A stretch of DNA of 19,902 bases from Candidatus Omnitrophota bacterium (GTDB taxonomy: Bacteria; Omnitrophota; Gorgyraeia; JABMRG01; JAFGKX01): assembly GCA_020354945.1 (NCBI GenBank), contig CP070655.1, positions 378,987-398,888 on the forward strand, read 5' to 3'. Under the pieces are notes generated by a model. The model was given only the letters and a program-made list of their open reading frames with translations. It searched no databases and had not been told where the DNA came from. The position numbers and the translations under genes were made by a program. Shown here in pieces: positions 9,566-17,381 of this stretch (positions are counted from its first letter, which is position 1; every line of letters starts with the position of its first letter).

Positions 9566-11022
9566 ACTCTTTTCCCTATCAATGTATTCTCTTCTATATC
9601 TTTTATCTTCACATCCGATAAATGGCCTATTAATTCCGGATTGCCTTCATATATTACCTGCATATTTGTCCTTGTTCTTCCGTTTAAATAATATTTTCCA
9701 TTCTCGCAATAATAGGAAATAGGCCCTCTTTTAGCTTTCTTTGTCCCCAGCGCCTGCTGGATTGTATTAATAAGCAGCTTGTTTCTTTTCTTTTTGATTC
9801 TATCCTGAAGCCTTAACAAGGATTGGTTTCTTTCTTCTTTCGCTTCCTTTTTTATATCATCTTTCATTTTATAAGCAGCGGTATAAGGCCTCGGAGAATA
9901 TTTAAATATAAATGCGCTATCAAATTTTCCTTCCTTCATAAGCATATATGTTTTATAAAAGTCTTCTTCGGTTTCTGTCGGAAACCCTACTATAACATCG
10001 GTTGTAACAGAACCACCATTTACAATCTTTCGATATTGCTCTATGAGTTTAAGATAATTATTGGCAGTATATTTTCTATTCATTAATTTTAAAATTCTAT
10101 CCGAACCTGATTGAAAAGGAAGGTGCAGGTGCTCGCATACCTTATCTAAATCTCTCATTGCCTTAAATAAATCAATACTTGCATCTTTTGGATGAGATGT
10201 CATAAAACGGATACGCAGCAGGATAGGAATCTTGTTGATTTCCTCCAGCAATTTAACAAAATCTGACGACTGATGACCGACGGCTGACGACTGACCATAC
10301 GAATTTATATTCTGTCCAAGGAGCGTTACTTCTTTTACTCCGTCGTCTACAAGCATCTTTATTTCATCAATAATATCTTCTGATTTTCTGCTTGTTTCTC
10401 TTCCTCTTACATAAGGGACGATGCAATATGAACAAAAATTATCGCATCCATAGCTTATATTAACCCACGCCCTTATCTTCTCTTCGCGATAAAAAGGGGA
10501 CTGTCCCAATTTTGCCTTAGTCGAAGTCTTAGCAAAAATAGGGACTGTCCCCTTTTTTACCGGTCTTTTCCGTTTACCTATCGCCGAAAAATGTCCTTCC
10601 GGATCTTCCAGAACCTGCTCTATTAAATCTCCTACCTCATATATATTCGAAGGCCCGCATATAAAATTGACATGGGGTAGTCTTTCAAATATTCGCCCTT
10701 TTTGTGCTCTAGCCATGCAACCAATTATACCAATTATAGGAAAATGGGGCCGTCCCGTTTTTGCCTTAGCTGAACCTCCAGCAAAAATAGGGACTGTCAC
10801 ATTTTCTTTAAGTTTTTTTAGCTCTCCTACCTTACCCCATACTCTATCTTCCGCGTGTTTTCTTACAGAGCAGGTATTAAATAAAATCACATCAGCATCT
10901 TTATATGAATTTGCCTTCTGATAACCCTGCGCAAGAAGCATACTGTAAACAAGTTCCGAATCCGCCTCATTCATCTGGCAGCCAAAATTTTTAATGAAAA
11001 CTTTTTTCTTATCTTCTTTCAT
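9562..11022 (-). CDS. miaB: tRNA methylthiotransferase MiaB, with repeat-derived insertions
   Basis: FGCQMN, NTCSVR, radical SAM CDNFCSYC, LLGQNINSYG, TSHPKD, HLPFQSGSD, DVIVGFPTE and YSPRP motifs, plus a TRAM-like C-terminus. Confidence 0.95.
   Translation of the reverse strand: MKEDKKKVFIKNFGCQMNEADSELVYSMLLAQGYQKANSYKDADVILFNTCSVRKHAEDRVWGKVGELKKLKENVTVPIFAGGSAKAKTGRPHFPIIGIIGCMARAQKGRIFERLPHVNFICGPSNIYEVGDLIEQVLEDPEGHFSAIGKRKRPVKKGTVPIFAKTSTKAKLGQSPFYREEKIRAWVNISYGCDNFCSYCIVPYVRGRETSRKSEDIIDEIKMLVDDGVKEVTLLGQNINSYGQSSAVGHQSSDFVKLLEEINKIPILLRIRFMTSHPKDASIDLFKAMRDLDKVCEHLHLPFQSGSDRILKLMNRKYTANNYLKLIEQYRKIVNGGSVTTDVIVGFPTETEEDFYKTYMLMKEGKFDSAFIFKYSPRPYTAAYKMKDDIKKEAKEERNQSLLRLQDRIKKKRNKLLINTIQQALGTKKAKRGPISYYCENGKYYLNGRTRTNMQVIYEGNPELIGHLSDVKIKDIEENTLIGKRV
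10263..10297. repeat. Degenerate heptamer array inside miaB
   Basis: CTGACGA CTGATGA CCGACGG CTGACGA CTGACCA; encodes GQSSAVGHQSSD. Confidence 0.8.
10491..10557. repeat. Palindromic REP/MITE-like element, copy 1, in frame in miaB
   Basis: AAAAAGGGGACTGTCCC...GGGACTGTCCCCTTTTT hairpin; encodes KGTVPIFAKTSTKAKLGQSPF. Confidence 0.85.
10740..10806. repeat. Palindromic REP/MITE-like element, copy 2, in frame in miaB
   Basis: Aligns to copy 1 without gaps (about 51/67 by hand count) at an offset of 249 bp; encodes ENVTVPIFAGGSAKAKTGRPHF. Confidence 0.85.
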
Positions 11023-11780
11023 TTTTCCGCGACAACGAGCATTTCAAAATCATCGGTCGTAAGCTTGTCTTGCCTGGAAAAGGCGCCAAGCTTCGCTCCG
11101 AAGATGTCGATCTTTTTGAACCCGAGCGTCTTTAAAAGCCAAGTGATCTCGCTGGGCACGTAATAACGCTCGTTACACTTAAGCTCCCTTTTATTGCCGG
11201 AATCGTCCTCAAAAACAACGGTGTTATGATCACGGAAAGTCATCAGATCAAAGGAACACTCCTTACACTGGGACTGGCCTTCTTTCTGCGCCGACTCATA
11301 GAAGTCATTGACAGAATGAAACAGCGGGAACAATCCGTTTAATGCGGTGAAAATGAGCTTGCCTTTACTTTTAAGCGCTTTTGTTGCGTTCTTGAGAATC
11401 TCGAAATTCATCTCATCTGTTTCCATGAGAGAAAACCCGCCCTCGCAGAGCATGATCGCCAGATCAAATTCGCTGTCAAAAGGAAGATTGCGCGCGTCTT
11501 GTATTTGGAAGTCGATCGTCACCCCGGCCTCTTTGGCCTTTTCCCTTGCCCTTTTGATCTGATCCTCGGAAAGGTCAACACCGGTCACGTTATATCCCCT
11601 TTTCGTTAGCTCTATCGCGTGACGTCCGGTACCGCAACCGATATCTAGTATCTTTAGGGATTTATCCTGTTTTATTTCTTGTTCGATAAAATCGCATTCG
11701 CCCACGGTTCCCTGGACAAAGGGTTCTTTATCGTATTTGCGAGAGTAGTTCTCATATAATGATTCATACCATTGTTTCAT
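11019..11780 (-). CDS. Class I SAM-dependent methyltransferase
   Basis: ILDIGCGTGRH and VTGVDLS motifs; GGAGGAG RBS; ATGA overlap with miaB. Confidence 0.9.
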   Translation of the reverse strand: MKQWYESLYENYSRKYDKEPFVQGTVGECDFIEQEIKQDKSLKILDIGCGTGRHAIELTKRGYNVTGVDLSEDQIKRAREKAKEAGVTIDFQIQDARNLPFDSEFDLAIMLCEGGFSLMETDEMNFEILKNATKALKSKGKLIFTALNGLFPLFHSVNDFYESAQKEGQSQCKECSFDLMTFRDHNTVVFEDDSGNKRELKCNERYYVPSEITWLLKTLGFKKIDIFGAKLGAFSRQDKLTTDDFEMLVVAEK

Positions 11781-11924
11781 AATTTATCTCCTCCGTTTAC
11801 ATATGTAATTATTCTAAACCATTTATCATCTTTAGTACCCTTAACATCGTCTCTCGGTACTTACACCAACGGTCAGCCGAAAGTGCGGATGTAGATTTTA
11901 GGCATGGTTTTTCACTTGAAAATC

Positions 11925-14768
11925 TTAATTCGATTGATTAGAATGTTCCTTCGGAAAAACTCCCTCTAACCAACGCCAAAACCGCTTCATCTCTTCTTCT
12001 CTGACATCTTTGCGCGTCTGATATAAATTAATATACTCTTGCTTTACTTGATTGGCTTTTACCTTATTACCCGTAAGATACAACAAATACATACGTAACT
12101 GAAAAATTTGAGGATCTTTTACTAAGCTAGTTGCAATAGAATAATGATGCTCTGCCAGAAGATAGTTGTGTTGTTTAATAGCGCGAGCCGCTAAATGTAC
12201 ATGCTCATATGCACCTAACTCATTAATATCCCTTCGTGTAGCTATCGCTTCAGCAACAATACGTTGCGCGTACTCATCGCTGCCTACCGCCCATAAAATA
12301 TAGCTCTCCATTTCAGGGTTACGAAGACAAAAGTGTAACTTCTTATAGGGATTAATTCCTCTTAAGATTGACAATGCGTTAAAATTAATCGGGAAAAATT
12401 TTGCTGTTTCGTCAAAAAACTTTTCAGGCCAGAAACTCTTAATTTGAGTGCTATTCAAAAAGTTTTTTTGAGCAAAGTTAGGGTGCATGAATTCCAAATA
12501 AACAGGAGTTATTTTCCCTCTTGAAGGTGACCTATGCGATATGCGCAAAGGATAATTATCTACTAAGGGGGGAATTTGAGAAATCCATTCCAATATTCTC
12601 ACTCTATCAGCAATGAAAAGGGCACCAAACTCTTGAGGATTCCTAAAGCCGAGTGACTTCATTTCCGATCCAATGACCGGATCGTTCCATGGACGAACAA
12701 ACTCTTTTGTTGATACAGACTTCTGCGGCTCTTTAATACCGACTACCATCCAATCAAATAAAGTTCCTGCCCATAGTGAACAATTATTAAAAACATTGCA
12801 GAATCCCTGCAGAATCGCTTTCGCTTCTGAAGGCTCGAGTTCTTCTACCGGCAACCAATAGGTTACCATTCCACCGTCAGCTAAGCGATCATAAATTAAT
12901 TGGAAATACTCCCGAGTATAGAGATTTACCACTCCATTATTTTTTGGCGGAGGTGGTTCAGCAGTAATTAAGTCGTACCTACGATTCCTCGTCAAAAGAA
13001 AAAAGCGACCATCTTCAACGTAAACCCTTACCCGACGGTCATAAAGAGGGTCTTCCTTGGGATGAGGAAAAACAATACTGCTCATTTCGAAAATATCTTT
13101 TGAAGTGTCAACAACGTCAAGTGATTCCAATTGTTCTAGACTTACTAACGCTTTCGCTGTATTCCCACATCCGTATCCAATCAAAAGCGCATTTTTGAGT
13201 TCCGGATGGAGAACCATAGGCCAATAAGCAAATAAATTCATATATCGTTTAGCAGACAAATTAGTTGCAGACATGCCATGGCTATTTGTTATCAAACGGT
13301 AATAATGTGGTTTGTCAAAAAGACCAACTCGAATATATTGAATCGTTTCATTTATTCCTTCACGGGATGCAACTACCTGTTTGTTTATCGGGTCAAAAGG
13401 ATTCAGGGCAATAGCGCTCGGTAAAAATGTTTCTTTCATTAAACCAAAAGGAAACGCAGCAAGCGAAACGAAAAAGACCGATATCATCACGGCATGAGCT
13501 ACAACACTAAGTCTGTTGTATCGATGAGCAAAGATAACAAATAAGATAATACTTCCGTATAAAGTTGCAAATAAGAAAAATGAACCTTCGATGCCTAACA
13601 ATGGGATACATAACAAACCTGTGATGAGCGAACCACACGCTGCTCCTATTGTGTTTGCCATTGTCAAGAAACCACTCGACATTGTTTCGACCCCCATCCG
13701 ATCATGTAGGAACCTACCAAGCATGGTAAAAATAATGCCGGACATAAAAGAAATCGGGAACATTAAATAAAAAGAACATAACCCTTCTCCAAAATCTTTA
13801 ATATATCTTTGAGCAAACGCGAATACAGAATCAAAGCTGGGGTATAATATACATATCAATATACCATTTATAGCCAGCACGAAAATAAGGAAATGATGCG
13901 CATTCATTTTTATTTTGAACAAATGAGAAGCAAATAATCCGCCACTACTTATCCCTATCAAAACGACGCCGAGCATAATTGCAAAAAGTAAACTGGAACT
14001 TGGGTAAAATAATAACATAAATCGAAACCATACTACTTCTAAAGATAGCAATATAAATCCTGAAAGAAAACTTGCGATCAGGAAACGAATTGTTCTGAAA
14101 GAAAAATATGATTGCCGTAACTGTAAGGGAATTTTTTGCATTTCATGTTTCCCATTTATTGCTTTTTGTGAAATTATCAAGGCTATGACAACAGAAGTAA
14201 TATTGAGCATGGCTGCTAAAAGACCGGCCCCTCGAATACCCAAATGTATAATAAATAGAAATTCATTTGCAAAAACACCAAATACTGCTCCAAAAGTATT
14301 CCAACCATATAGCATTCCTAATACATTTCCAAAATTTTGTCTCCTCCTATTCAATGCCCTGACTAATATTGGAAGTGTAGCTCCCATCGCAGTAGTAGGA
14401 ACTAGCATAAGCCCTATCGCAAATATTGCACGTAGAAAATTAAGTGTGGCGGTTTTATCGACAAAGAAGCTGAATATCGGAGCAAAAAATCTTGTAAAAT
14501 GAGGAAAAAGAAGAACTATCGCATACCCTGAAACTGCGATAATACCTTCCAGCAAGGCATAAAATCTGATAGGAAATCTTATGCGATGACCAAAAAAAGT
14601 GACCAGAGCGCTCCCAAGAGCCAATCCCCCCATGAAGCTTGCCAAAACAATAGAAATAGCATGAACACCGCTTCCGAAAGTAAGTCCTGCGAGCCTAAAA
14701 AAAAGGGATTCGAAAATCAACGCTGAGGTACCAGACAAAAAGAAAATAATGCATACAGCTACTATCAT
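11925..14768 (-). CDS. Fused MFS-like membrane / spermidine synthase-like protein
   Basis: Many transmembrane segments with FMGGLALG, MGATLP and LYGWNTFGA, then a synthase domain with LLIGYGCGNT, EDGRFFL, YDLITAEPPPP and NLYTREYF. Confidence 0.88.
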   Translation of the reverse strand: MIVAVCIIFFLSGTSALIFESLFFRLAGLTFGSGVHAISIVLASFMGGLALGSALVTFFGHRIRFPIRFYALLEGIIAVSGYAIVLLFPHFTRFFAPIFSFFVDKTATLNFLRAIFAIGLMLVPTTAMGATLPILVRALNRRRQNFGNVLGMLYGWNTFGAVFGVFANEFLFIIHLGIRGAGLLAAMLNITSVVIALIISQKAINGKHEMQKIPLQLRQSYFSFRTIRFLIASFLSGFILLSLEVVWFRFMLLFYPSSSLLFAIMLGVVLIGISSGGLFASHLFKIKMNAHHFLIFVLAINGILICILYPSFDSVFAFAQRYIKDFGEGLCSFYLMFPISFMSGIIFTMLGRFLHDRMGVETMSSGFLTMANTIGAACGSLITGLLCIPLLGIEGSFFLFATLYGSIILFVIFAHRYNRLSVVAHAVMISVFFVSLAAFPFGLMKETFLPSAIALNPFDPINKQVVASREGINETIQYIRVGLFDKPHYYRLITNSHGMSATNLSAKRYMNLFAYWPMVLHPELKNALLIGYGCGNTAKALVSLEQLESLDVVDTSKDIFEMSSIVFPHPKEDPLYDRRVRVYVEDGRFFLLTRNRRYDLITAEPPPPKNNGVVNLYTREYFQLIYDRLADGGMVTYWLPVEELEPSEAKAILQGFCNVFNNCSLWAGTLFDWMVVGIKEPQKSVSTKEFVRPWNDPVIGSEMKSLGFRNPQEFGALFIADRVRILEWISQIPPLVDNYPLRISHRSPSRGKITPVYLEFMHPNFAQKNFLNSTQIKSFWPEKFFDETAKFFPINFNALSILRGINPYKKLHFCLRNPEMESYILWAVGSDEYAQRIVAEAIATRRDINELGAYEHVHLAARAIKQHNYLLAEHHYSIATSLVKDPQIFQLRMYLLYLTGNKVKANQVKQEYINLYQTRKDVREEEMKRFWRWLEGVFPKEHSNQSN

Positions 14769-14838
14769 TATCAGCCTCTATTAAATTCTGAAAACATATT
14801 ATAATCGAAAAAATAGATCAACAGAGGATTTATGTAAT

Positions 14839-14991
14839 TCATGTAGAGCGCACGTCCCCTTCTAAAAAAAGTCCTAAAAGCGCCTCGCTATCGCGGTCGT
14901 TCATTTGGCAGCCGAAGGTACGCAAAAGTACACGTAGCTTCTTTTTGCCTTTTTGGGCTTCTTCTCCCCGATTTTCTCCTGTTTCAGCCAT
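14839..14991 (-). pseudogene. miaB: Truncated 5' fragment of a second, divergent miaB (50 aa)
   Basis: Manual translation MAETGENRGEEAQKGKKKLRVLLRTFGCQMNDRDSEALLGLFLEGDVRST* contains the MiaB N-terminal TFGCQMNxxDSE motif; GAGGGG RBS upstream. Confidence 0.85.
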
Positions 14992-15106
14992 TTTAACCCC
15001 TCTTCATAACATAACTTCCAATTTGACATAGTCAAGATTTTGAGATTTTGTTTTATGCTTCATGTTAAAAGTAATTACGGAATCACCATATTATATTATT
15101 GTTAAA

Positions 15107-15209
15107 TGGCGGAGAGGCAAGGATTCGTTTATGCGTAATTCCCTAACTCACCGTCGGATAACATGTTATAACACAACTCCTTATTTGTAAAGGAATTAGC
15201 GATTCCATA
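15107..15209 (-). mobile_element. att-like site: tRNA-Ser 3'-end fragment plus flank (direct repeat copy 1)
   Basis: Reverse complement of 15107-15127 is CGAATCCTTGCCTCTCCGCCA (T-arm 3' side, acceptor strand, G discriminator, CCA). The rest of the tRNA is absent. Repeated at 16988-17090. Confidence 0.8.
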
Positions 15210-15291
15210 GAGTTTCGTCCTTTTTCAGAGTTTCGTCCTTTTTCGTCTGTTTTCGTCTAGTTTCGCTTTAGATGGTCCCAGAATAGTCCCA
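15209..15291. repeat. Short direct repeats next to the att-like site
   Basis: AGAGTTTCGTCCTTTTTC x2, TTTCGTC at 10-bp spacing, then GTCCCA x2. Confidence 0.7.
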
Positions 15292-15302
15292 AGAAACCCT
15301 AC

Positions 15303-16082
15303 CTAAACATTTTCTTTACTTTGAGGCGTGTATGCCTTAGGTACAAGGTACCACCATCTCATTCTTTCAGGTCGCCTTTCGTTTATCAAATTAACCAGAT
15401 ATCGCTTGAATACTAACTGAATTATCCATGGAATTCGAAACGGGTAATCAGAAAGTACTCTATCTCTTTGGATAATCTCAGTGATATTATGAGATTCTGA
15501 AAAACGGGATTTGATTACTCTCCCTATGTCTCTAAATACATAATCGTGTAATTCCACAAGTATAAAACAATTACGTAGCGGCGGTACAAGTGATGGGTTT
15601 AAAAGCTCTTTTTCTGCGCCTTCTGCATCTATAATTATGCAACTATCCGAAGTACATTCTTTCATTGTTGCTTGTAATGTAGGAATATTACAGCATCCTT
15701 TGAACGAGATCTGATTTTGACAATGGTTTATATGTGCATTATAAAAAATTAGCGGACTCTTTTCCGCCGTTTCAAAAGCAACTATTTTGGTACTTGGAAT
15801 ACTTCTTGCCAATCCAACTGTATAATAACCGCTTCCGGCACCTATATTGATAATTAATTGAAATTTATTTTTTACAATCCTTTTAACAATATCTTGTAAC
15901 TCTAATTCGTATGTCCCGAGAAGGTATTTACTAACCTTATAAGCATACTTCATCCCTTTGAATGGCCCGCCTCTGACTACATATAGACGATTGTTAGAAG
16001 TTGACAAAAAAATCTTGTTTTCCAATTTCTTTTCTACTATTTGACAGAGTTTTTGATATATCTTATAAAGAAGGTTTTTCAT
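15303..16082 (-). CDS. SAM-dependent methyltransferase, FkbM-like
   Basis: LLGTYELEL, INIGAGSGYY, IDAEGAEKELL and LVELHD motifs. Confidence 0.75.
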   Translation of the reverse strand: MKNLLYKIYQKLCQIVEKKLENKIFLSTSNNRLYVVRGGPFKGMKYAYKVSKYLLGTYELELQDIVKRIVKNKFQLIINIGAGSGYYTVGLARSIPSTKIVAFETAEKSPLIFYNAHINHCQNQISFKGCCNIPTLQATMKECTSDSCIIIDAEGAEKELLNPSLVPPLRNCFILVELHDYVFRDIGRVIKSRFSESHNITEIIQRDRVLSDYPFRIPWIIQLVFKRYLVNLINERRPERMRWWYLVPKAYTPQSKENV

Positions 16083-16170
16083 TCGATTTTTTTATCTTGC
16101 TTATATGGCCTGTTTTGGATAAATAATAGGGGCAAATTTGACAGATAAAATATTTTTAATGCTATCTATT

Positions 16171-16812
16171 TCATGTTGCGTTTTGGCTTGTTTGTGTATT
16201 TTTAGGTTGGCATCCTTGATACCAGCACTCTTGTTCGGGAATTTGAAAAATCTTCATAGACTCTTTCTTTTTGCCTATTATCCATATAAGTGAATCAGCT
16301 GCATCATTAGGATGTTTTAGTGGAACACCATCGTTAGAACTATATCTTTCATATTGAATTTTAAACTTATTTAATTTAAACGATTGTATTATTAGCTCAG
16401 GACTAAAAGTATGTAAGCCGTGATTAAAATAACCTTTAACTGGAGTATGTAAAAAATAAAATCCATTGGGCTTGAGCATTCTCATGCAATTATCAAGGCA
16501 TTGTTTGGTATCAAACACATGTTCTAAAGAACCTATGTCAAAGACTGTATTATATTTTTCATATTCGTCTTCAGGGATTGGGAGGTTTAAATCATGTTTT
16601 AAATCAGCTCTACTGTCAAATTTGTCTATCACAGTAATATTTTTTATTCCTTTTGAAATTAACAATTGCTTAAAATCTTTATAGCTAAAATCTTTGGGCA
16701 GATTGTCTCCAGAAATTGCTTGATACCCAACCATTAAGAAAGGCTCTGATATAACATTGGGTAATTTAAAAATTTCGCGATAAAAAAATATGTGTCTTTT
16801 TAAAATGGCCAT
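16171..16812 (-). CDS. Methyltransferase-like protein
   Basis: DLNLPIP, DIGSLEHVFD, MLKPNG and HGLHTFSP resemble class I methyltransferases seen in glycan loci. Confidence 0.7.
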   Translation of the reverse strand: MAILKRHIFFYREIFKLPNVISEPFLMVGYQAISGDNLPKDFSYKDFKQLLISKGIKNITVIDKFDSRADLKHDLNLPIPEDEYEKYNTVFDIGSLEHVFDTKQCLDNCMRMLKPNGFYFLHTPVKGYFNHGLHTFSPELIIQSFKLNKFKIQYERYSSNDGVPLKHPNDAADSLIWIIGKKKESMKIFQIPEQECWYQGCQPKNTQTSQNAT

Positions 16813-16850
16813 TTAATTCTCTTTTTCATTCTAAAATTTATATTTGCAAT

Positions 16851-16918
16851 ACTATATCTTATTAATTCATCCAAGGTAATATTTAACGACTTAGCAACCT
16901 TTCCATGGTTTGAATGGA
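16851..16918 (-). pseudogene. C-terminal remnant of an XRE-family HTH regulator (frameshifted)
   Basis: Reads SIQTM, then a 1-nt shift, then KVAKSLNITLDELIR, which resembles the end of an HTH_3 domain. Confidence 0.6.
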
Positions 16919-16987
16919 AATAACATTTGGAGATAATGGCGGTGCCGAAGCTACCTTCCATTCTTGTCGAAAGCCCCCTATCAAAAC

Positions 16988-17090
16988 TGGCGGAGAGGCA
17001 GGGATTCGTTTATGCGTAATTCCCTAACTCACCGTCGGATAATATGTTATAACACAACTCTTTATTTGTCAATGGATTAACGATCCTATA
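16988..17090 (-). mobile_element. att-like site: tRNA-Ser 3'-end fragment plus flank (direct repeat copy 2)
   Basis: Reverse complement of 16988-17008 is CGAATCCCTGCCTCTCCGCCA; 9 mismatches to copy 1 over 103 bp by hand count. Confidence 0.8.
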
Positions 17091-17118
17091 CAGTATACAA
17101 CTTTATACAAAATCCACA

Positions 17119-17286
17119 ATGTATATCGTATCATTCATAGAAGAGAAAGACATAATTAATAGGGCACTCTCCCACCGTAGTGAGCTTGAAGAGCGCACCC
17201 ATTCTCCACCGAAAGAAGAAGCTCAAGCTGTAGAGCATACCTATGAGCCCTGCTATGAGGATATATCTGTTAGCAAGATAGTTTGA
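17119..17286 (+). pseudogene. Possible IS91-family transposase C-terminal remnant (55 aa)
   Basis: MYIVSFIEEKDIINRALSHRSELEERTHSPP...TYEPCYED resembles the M(R/K)IIAFIE...I.KIL.HLG...PP tail of IS91-like transposases. Recognised by eye only. Confidence 0.45.
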
Positions 17287-17381
17287 TCTCGACATGGAGA
17301 GACAGGTTTAAGTTCAGACTTGGGACAGGTTGAACGGGAAATCGCAAACGTTACAAAACTATCCAGTTTTAGGAGGTCACG

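Noticed and set aside
11781-11924. Integron attC site between the cargo genes
   Set aside because: No convincing RYYYAAC/GTTRRRY pair or long imperfect palindrome.
15107-15127. Intact tRNA gene here or at 16988
   Set aside because: Only 21 nt of 3' end are present; no D-arm, anticodon arm or complete T-arm.
15209-15266. CRISPR array
   Set aside because: Repeats are short and adjacent, with no unique spacers and no cas genes.
16937-16942. Third TGGCGG as another tRNA-end scar
   Set aside because: The match is only 6 nt and is expected by chance.
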